A DNA stretch of 64,000 nucleotides, from NCBI RefSeq assembly GCF_009914755.1, contig NC_060931.1. One strand, written 5' to 3'. Each line of letters opens with the position of its first letter. Within the stretch, counting starts at the first letter, position 1. Of this stretch, positions 53,951 to 64,000 are shown one piece after another. The notes under the pieces were generated by a model, which saw only the letters and a program-made list of their open reading frames with translations, had not been told where the DNA came from and searched no databases. The position numbers and the translations under genes are program-made. The stretch comes from the human T2T-CHM13v2.0 reference genome, Homo sapiens.

Positions 53951-54266
<316 letters not shown>

Positions 54267-54534
54267 TAGTGATTAGAGTTTCCATGAGATAGAAACACAA
54301 GTTGCTTCTTTTGTTCTCTTGTTTTCCAGGGTGAAAAAACCCAGACAGCAAAGCCTCCCACCCAGCCTCTGCCCAGCCCATGCCTCCCTCACCTGTGTCC
54401 CTGTTGGCATGCTCTTATCACAGCCTTCAACACCCAAATAAGAGAAAGAGAAAAGGGAGGCCCAGGTAGAATCTGTGGTTAAGGTTAAACCTGCAAAAGG
54501 TAAGCCTGCAAAGACCGCCCTGTTCCAGGCTGCC

Positions 54535-54832
54535 TTTTTTTTTTTTTTTTTTTTTTTTTGAGTCTCACTGTCGCCCAGGCTGGAGTGCAGTGGCATGATC
54601 ACGGCTGACTGCAGCCTCTCAGTGACTTCTCGGGCTCAGATCATCCTCCCACCTCATCCTCTCAAGTAGCTGGGACTACATGCATGTACCACCAAATACG
54701 GCTAATTTTTGTTTTTTTTTTGTAGAGATGGGGGTCTCGCCATGTTGTCCAGGCTGCTCTGACGCTCAAGCAATCCACTGGCCTCGGTCTCCCAGAGTGC
54801 TGGGATCACAGGCATGAGCTTCCGTGCCCGGC
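54535..54832 (-). mobile_element. Alu (AluJ-like)
   Basis: Diverged reverse Alu with T-tail. Confidence 0.88.
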
Positions 54833-55095
54833 CAGACTGCTCTTTAGAAGCATTTTCCTTCTACAGGTCCTGGAGCTCATCCTGGCCACGTGACAAACTG
54901 GCCCCATGGGCTCAATGAGGTCAATGAGGTCACTAAACTCCCTTTCTCTTCCGGTAAAATGACAGCTGTGGATCAAACACTTGGAGGTCATCCCAGTCCT
55001 GGACTCCCTGAGTCAGTGAGTGAAAAGTGAGGAGAGGCATTCCTCAGATAAAAAATTAGATGCACTGCCTGGAGGGTCATTCTGGTTCCACATAT

Positions 55096-55170
55096 GTTTG
55101 TTTGTTTGTTTGTTTGTTTGTTTGTTTGTTTGTTTTTGAGATGGAGTCTTGCTCTGTTGCCCAGGACAGA
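55096..55170 (-). mobile_element. Alu 3' stub with (TTTG)n tail
   Basis: (GTTT)~10 followed by GAGATGGAGTCTTGCTCTGTTGCCCAGG, then truncated. Confidence 0.8.
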
Positions 55171-56290
55171 GCACTTCCTAGTGTGTCACAGCAGTGGGCG
55201 AGAGCAGACTAAGCGGCAGGAAGGCAAAAACACCTCTTTTGGGAGAAAGTAGCCTAGCCTTATGGCAAAGCACACAGGCTCCACATCAGGCAGTCTGGGT
55301 CCAAGTTAAGGGTCCACCGCTTGGCACCTGCAGCCTCAGGAAAGGTCCTCCACTCGCCTAGGCCTCATCTCCCTCCTCTTTCCAGGACTGTGCGCTCATG
55401 TCCCGACCTCACCTTGGAGTTAGCAATCCACGCATGGCACACTAGGGCAAACCTGCTTTTCACAGTGGCCCTATGGCACATGGTCCTGCAGTGACCCTAC
55501 AGTTCTCAGTCCCGCTGTGCCCTCCTGCAGGGCGCCATCCTGCAGTGCGCTATCCTAGCACACCCTAGGCTTCACCCTAAAGACCCTACCCTAAAGCCTC
55601 ATCCCATCCCACAGCGCCCCACCCCACCACGCGCCATTTGCCAAGACCAGCGGACAACTCTAGAACATGTGATGATGCTCGCTCTAGTATCTCTATGAGA
55701 ACCATGCTTTCCACTGTGAACTGCGGCTTCTTGCTCAGGAGGACAGCCCTGATCAGAAGGAAGACCTGAGCTTCAAAGAGTCTTTCTGCACATCTGGGAG
55801 CAGAACAAGGGAAGAGCCAAGCACATCCACCTAAAGAAGGCAGAGAAGACAGCAGGAGGCTGGGGGCCCTGGCAGAAGGAGGGGAGGCTGTGGACTGCTG
55901 GGACTGAAAGGGCCACTGGAGATTCCCCAAGGCCACTGCCAAAGCACATTTCCAGAGCAGCCATCCCTGGAGCTGCTCCCTTGGCTGTCACATCAACACC
56001 ATGGCCACCACCCGGGCAGGAGTAAGCACACTCACCAGAAAGCCGGCAGCCTCCTCTGCACTCACCCATGTGGGGCATGCAGAGGGGGAGCACAGGGAGG
56101 AGGGAAGAGTGAAAGACACAGGCCCCATTCCCTCTGCAACAAAACTTCCTTGAAGTCCACGACGTCCCAGGGAGACATGGGATCCTCCCCAGGTGGGGTG
56201 GGATCCCAGCTGGTTTGATGTTCCTCTCCACAGCTGAGGATCTGGGAGCCCCCACCTGACAGGAAGGTTAATTTCGAGACAAGCTTGTAA

Positions 56291-56668
<378 letters not shown>

Positions 56669-57394
56669 TGAACAAATCAACAGTTTCCAAAACCTCACAG
56701 TATAGTAATGAAATCTGAAATCAGACAGACCTGGGTGTGAGTCCCACACCACCTGCCAGCTGCAGAATCTTGGGCCAGGGCACTCATGAGCCTCAGTGAC
56801 CCCATCTGTGGAGCGGGACTATGATGTCTCCCTTGTGAGACTGTTCACAGAATAAAGACAAAAATGTCCAATGCCTGCCTGAGACTAACAAGCCAGCCTT
56901 GCTCACTGCAGATTGTCCCTGAGCCTTGCACTGTATGTTGCCGATACATCCAGTTAAACTGTACAGAATCTCTACTGCCCAGGGAAGTCACTGCTCGACG
57001 TTCAGCACTGTGCGCCTGGCACGGGTGCGTATCCTGCAGGTGGAAGGCAGTGTGAAGAGTAGAGTCAGCTGCAGCAAACCAAGCCTATGTCGTGCAATTA
57101 ATGCTAGTGCGGCATTTCAAATGGAGCATCCTTCACTGACGTCCCATTGCCATCGGGTGAAAGGCAGGTGCTCAGCCTGGTCCTCAGAGCCCTGGGTGAG
57201 CCAGCCCCTGCCTCCTCATGTGCCTCCCTCACTCCCTGTCCCTACCTTACCTGCTGTGCTTCCTCCTGCCCCAGGTTCTTTGCACATACCACACAGTTTA
57301 GAATGCTCCTCATTCATGTATCCCAGCTTTACCTGGTTAACTCCTGTGATTTCTCAAGCACTTGGCTCAGATGGCAACTTCCAGCAAAGCATAA

Positions 57395-57754
<360 letters not shown>

Positions 57755-58702
57755 CTGGTCTACTTTACTGTGCCGACCACAACTGCAAGAAAACAACTAA
57801 CTGTGAATTCTCGTCTGAGCTCTACAGCCCCCTCCCATGCGGATCCAGCAGAGGCACTGGCAGTCTAGCTCCCAGAGGTATCTCTAGCCTCTGGGGCCGC
57901 ACTCTGCACACAATAGCCACCCAGCACAGCAGTCTGTAGAATGAAGAAAGGAAGAAACGAACCACTAATCCCAAAGTGGCTGTGGAGTCATCTGGCCATC
58001 TGAAGAGGCATGAGGATGCTGTTATTAGATTTCAATAACAGACAGCTAGTTAGCTTTAGTTTTGGGTTAACAAAAATAAATGTACCCATTGACTTTAACA
58101 GGCTTATCTAAAAGAAGAATAGGATGAAAAGCAGTGACATCTGCTCCTTCCCAAGGTCATAACATGGAATAACTGGGGCCTATTTAGGAAGACAGTGCCC
58201 ACAGAATAGCAATGTGGTTAAGCATCAGCTTGACAGCTCGGTAAAAGCTAACAGTGTGACTTGGATACACATGACTATAAACTGTGGATTTTTCTCACCC
58301 ACTGAGCTGACCTCAGTACCCTGTGCCTACTCAAGTACTGAAAACGGTAATACACATTTTTTAAGTGTTTTCTCACATAATTCCCCAAGACTACCCTTTA
58401 AGAAGCAGTCCCCTTAGCATCTCTGCCTCCCTAAGACCCAAGACCCTGGAGCAGAGGTGACCATCCCTCTTCCCAGCGGGGCTCTGACCACTGGCAGAAA
58501 GCAGGTCTCCACTATCTGCCAGGCCTCTAGCTACAGCCCAGGCTGGCCAAAGAAGCAGTAACTAGCACTGGCCCTCACTCCTGCTTACCCAGGGGCCAAT
58601 ATGGGTGCAGGGCAGTGCCAGGATAGGTTAAACATGGCACCCCGTTCCCTGCCTCTCCTTGTCCTCACTGGCTTTTGGTGAAGAGGAAAGAAAAGAAGCC
58701 CT

Positions 58703-58993
<291 letters not shown>

Positions 58994-59146
58994 TTATGGA
59001 CGTCATGTTAGGAATCCCAGCAAGGCCTAAGCCTGCAAAGAGAATATCAGCTCCCCTGGGTGTCCCCAGGGCCTGTGCGCTGCTCCTAGCAGCCTGACCA
59101 GCCCTGAAAACTAGCAGTGTAAACAGCTCTGTAAAAAGAAACAAAA

Positions 59147-59488
<342 letters not shown>

Positions 59489-59789
59489 CTATGAACAGCC
59501 CGGTGACGAGAGACACAGATCACAGCTGCCGGGCCATGTGTGAGGTGAGGACAATTAAACAGGTTGGGCTGAGACACCTCTGCACATTCTGTTTTTGTTT
59601 CACCAAGCAAATGGAGAAGAAATAAATGTAAAATCTTTTTCAAAGGCAACAACCTGAACAACATTCAGCTGGCAAATTTCAAGGCATTTATTTGTTCATC
59701 CTTCATTGATTCCTCCACCACCCAGCACATACGACTTGGGGGTTCAGCACACACTCTTTGTAATACTAATGCCTGGGTAGGCAGCCAGC

Positions 59790-60152
59790 TCTACTGCTCG
59801 AGTAAGCCGTCTGATCTTGGGAATTTACTTGCCCTCTGTGTGACTCAGTTTTCTCATCTGGAAAAGGGAGACAGAAACAGCATTCTTGGAAGGATTAAAT
59901 AAGGAAACATAAACATAGGGCTTAGAACAGTGCCTGGCCAGTAATAAGTGCCAAAGAAATATTAGCTACTTATTCCATCATCTTATTTCTGTGTCAGGCC
60001 TCTGTGAGGCCCTGGAAATGCACTTTATCCACAAGTTATTAGGATCCCCCTTAGATCACAAAACCAGCTGTGACCACAATGCCCATTTAACAGTAGGAGA
60101 AACAATGCTCAGAGAGGGTAAGTGATTTTCCCAAAGCCACACAGTTAATAAG
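59790..60152. mobile_element. Two MIR SINE fragments arranged tail-to-tail
   Basis: Plus-strand MIR core (CTCAGTTTTCTCATCTGGAAAA...GCTTAGAACAGTGCCTGG), then a reverse MIR core (CCCATTTAACAGTAGGAGAAAC...AGAGAGGGTAAGTGATTTTCCCAAAGCCACACAG). Confidence 0.65.
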
Positions 60153-63100
60153 ACATTTTTTTCCCTTCCAGAACAAGAATACCAGGAACCAATTAATTGT
60201 CAGGATTGCCCAACTTGATTTTCTGCTTAATGCTTTTAAACATAAGCAGCAATCGTTAAGAACTGCCAGAGAAAGTACACCCCATGGAGGGTGGGAAACT
60301 AAAATAAAGTCATCTTGTCATTTTACCTTCATGTTCAACTATGAGAAACAACAGACTAAGATTGTATCTCTATTTATTTGTAACGAAATAGTCACAGGAT
60401 CCTGCCTCCCTGGCCAGGAGCTCAGGCTGGTTTGGAACCATATGGAAGGAGGCAGCTCAGGAAGACTGGCAGCAGGGAGAGGTAAGCAACACTCAGGGAG
60501 GACACAGAGATGTCAGCATTTCCAAAGAAGTCGGAAGCTCCCCTTTGCTCTTCTCACAAATAAGTTTCCCAAGAAGGGGCAGATGGGGCGGATGGTTCTT
60601 AGGACACAAGGTCCCACCGAACATCTGCAGCATTGAAGTGAAAGGGGAAAAATGACTTGGAAATGCCCCTTCACTGCAAAGCAGCCAGTACCGGAGGCCA
60701 CAGAGGAGGGTGGCCAGGGACAGACAAAGTGCCCAGTGCCAGCCCAGCCGAGAGGCGGCACGTGGGGAGTTGGGAACTTACTGTGCTGGGCCTGGGCAGG
60801 GACCACCGGCCAGGGCTGCTTTTCCCTTCCAGAAACAGCTCCTCCTACGTTTCGCTCCTTCCCCTGCTTTAGTCAAGCACACCCCTCTTCGTGTTAATGT
60901 CTCGGCAGCTCTGGGCATAAAGGAGGCAGCTGGAATAGCCCACCAGGTGGGAGAGCCTGGTGAGTGTGGGAGTCCCCAGAACCACAGCCAGGAGCAGCTG
61001 GCAGGTGTGCCCGGCCCCACGGTGAGCACGCAGGCATGGAGCTCACAGGACAATGTCCGCCCGGGGCTGAGGGCCAGCCTGCCGAGGGCCAGCCTGCCAA
61101 GGGCCTGAGGGACAGGAACAAGAACAGCGCTCTCCGGGAGAGCCTTCTGACCAGGAAGCTGAGTGGCTGTGCCTTCCTGGGGACTAGCCACTAGGGAGAA
61201 CCGCCTCTCAAAAGTTCCCCCAGGAAAAACAAAACCTACTTCGAGCTGCTGGGAGGGCAGGTTACTCACCTCTGTATCCCAGGTAACAGATGCCTGATGC
61301 CCACTGGCCTTCCTCCCTCCCTCTTTCCTTCCTCTCCCCCAACCCCATTCTCTCCTTTACCACTTCCTTCCTTAGTTCATTTTTGCTCCACTTCATTCCA
61401 AATAGAATTTGAGATGACTCATCGAATGAATTCAACATAACTAAATAAAATTTTTAAAATAAAAACCAAACCAATAAACAAGCACAAAAACAGGGTTAAA
61501 GACAAGAGTGGCCAGGCCAGAGAGAAGGAAAGGTATGCAGCGAAACCTCAGTTATGGGAATGAGGCACCAGACGGTTCTGAGTTACAAAACGGGAGATGG
61601 AGGCCGGATACACGGCAGATCTTGGTGACATAGAGTCCCGGACCTGCCCGAGGCGGGTTTATTTCCTCACTTAGCACTCAGAGCTAAGAGGAAGGGTGGC
61701 CAGCCCGGGCCACATCGTGTCCTCAGCTGTTAGACTCACCCAGGCAGCTGTTTAAACTGATCTCACTGATCTCATGACTACATGGTCAGTCACGTCCCTT
61801 TAACTGACAGGGAGATTTGTGTGTGCTTTTTTGTAACATCTTACATGCACTTACATTCTTTTATTTTTATCACTTATTTCATAACGAAAACATTTCTTCA
61901 CATAGAAAAGTGGACCAAGGGAGGGGAGGTGGGGAGGGCCTCATTGGGCCCCCAGCATAACCCTATCAGTGGGCAGGGTGTTCTGGGGGCGCCCATTCCA
62001 CTGGAAACCACGTGGTGTCTCCTTCCAGGCTGAACACAAACAGGGGGCCCCAGTTTATAACTAGCCAGGGGTGCACTGCTCAGACCAGGCTCAGCTCCAC
62101 AAGGCAGCCTGCGCTTCCTGCCACCTGCCCACCATTTGGCAGGGGCAGACACAGCAGTGACGGCAGGGGGTCAAAATAGGACCACCTGTCCCTTTACTGG
62201 CCACAGTCATCAGACCCGGAGACACTAAACAGGACTTTAACTCCTCCGAGCATTGGTTTCCACCTCTGTGAAACTAGCTGACAACACCACCAGCCTCCCA
62301 GGATCTCTGTGGGGACTAAGAAGATGCCTCAAGGCACCAAGCCCAAGCCAGCAGCACTCATCATCAGCCCTGGGGGAGAGAGGAGGGTTGCATGTGTTGT
62401 TTCCAGTCCAACTCCCGCATTTTACAATGGAGGAAAGGCCATGGGGAGGGGCTGCTCTGGGGGGCAACAGCTGGGCAGGGTGTGGCACCCTGAGGACAGG
62501 CCAGTTTATTCCTTACTTCATGGTGACAGAAAACAGGCCGAGCCCTAGAGAGCCAGCTCTCTCAAAGTACCCCCAATGGGAGTGTCCTCAACTGCAGGCA
62601 GCGGCCAGCCAGGCAGAGCCAGGCAGGGGGCTCCCATCCATAGGCGAGCAAGTTAGCAAGGGCGGCCTGGGAGGGAAGTGCCTTCTCTAGAAGGTGACAA
62701 CATTGTTAATGAGCCCGTGTTAATGTCAGTCATCTCCGGAGTCTGAAAGTGCCCTGCAGCAGGTGGGAGGGGTTATGTATGCTGAGTCCACTCTGGAGTA
62801 TGCCCTGCAGAGCTGCGTTCTGTCCTGTTAGATGTCCCACCCAAACTCACACAGATCCCCCTGCAGAGAGCCTGGAAACCAGCCCCTCAGGGCACAGCAC
62901 AGGCATCCCAAGGACAGCCCCACCAAACCCCCAGCATACAGACACCTGGTCCTGTCCACATGGGATGTCGGGGGTGCTGACGGGGGCAAGACCCACAGAT
63001 GCTGACCACCATGGGCCACAGAGATAGGTCTCTGGCCCTGCAGCCAGCTGGTTCCATACAATAGCTCAATGTTTGCAAGGCTGAGGGAAGGGCCTAATTC

Positions 63101-64000
63101 ACCCACCCCAGCCTGGCCAACTCTGATGGGCAAAGGGGCTGCCCAGAGAATGCTGAGAGGATCACCCCAACTCAGACCAGGACCATACCTGCCTCCACAC
63201 CCAGAAGGGCACAGCAGGGCTTTTGCTTTAGAATGAAGAGCTAATGAATTGCACTGACACTGACAGAGCAGCCTTAACCTGGAGTTTATCCCACAATAAT
63301 CAGATTCATATGGATAACCCTGGAAACAACAAGCAGAGAGGGCTCTGAGCAGCCCTGCTTCCCTTTCATATCCACAAATGCAAACAAGTATTTGCAGGAG
63401 GGCTAGCCCATTTCAGGCACTGCAGGGAGAATGCAGGTGTGACAGAGGGGAAAGACCAGGATGGACTGAAAACTGAATGGATGGGAATCCTGTCCTGGAG
63501 GTGCTGGATAAGTACACATTTAAGACCCCATAAAGGAGAGAGAAGGCAGTGCCAGAGGTGGCGGCGATGGGCACCTGGGAGAAGAAGAGCTCGTCTCCAG
63601 CTCTAGAAACCACGGCCACTTTGCAGATCCATCAGGGCAGCTCTTGGGATAGGCCAGGATGGCTAGAAAGCATCTGATACAAAGTGGGCGCCTGTGGCAG
63701 AGGTGGGGCAGGAGGAGCAAATTCCTTCAGAGGACAGAGTCTGGGCAGAGAAATGGAGGCACACTGCGTGTGGTGGGTGGGGCAGCCAGGAGTGACACAC
63801 GCCATGCTCACAGGATGCATGAGAAAGAGGCTCAAGCCCGGGCTCAAGGAGCCCAAATGCCAGGTGATGAATCCATGACGATGAAAGGTGTCAGAAGTTT
63901 CTGCATAGGGGAGTGACACAATCTCAATTGTTTTTAACAAGGTTTAGTGGTAGTAGCAGCAGCAAGATTAATATAAGGGGAACACTGGGCAGTGGACGAC

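Overview
Primate (human or very close ape) genomic DNA from the interior of the tensin-3 gene (TNS3), transcribed on the minus strand. I reconstructed 11 coding exons by hand (47482 down to 4657). All have GT-AG boundaries and consistent phases, and they total 1024 nt = codons 1-341 plus 1 nt. They encode the PTEN-like phosphatase domain (HCRGGKGR motif) and the C2 domain. A 53-nt upstream exon at 49849-49901 is open and in frame with the ATG. The gene continues beyond both ends of the window. The introns hold about 23 Alus, L1 fragments, ERV1 and MaLR solo LTRs, hAT/Tigger DNA transposon fossils and simple repeats. I see no prokaryote-type system (no CRISPR array, operon or similar). The most notable candidates are: an alternative terminal exon giving a 250-aa truncated TNS3; an intronic box C/D snoRNA-like element; an Alu with a twin-priming 5' inversion; a multi-template repair scar; unusually similar inverted MER58 copies; a CUG tract abutting a splice donor; and a possible stop-free circular ORF. 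Repeat subfamily names come from remembered consensus sequences and were not checked by a search.
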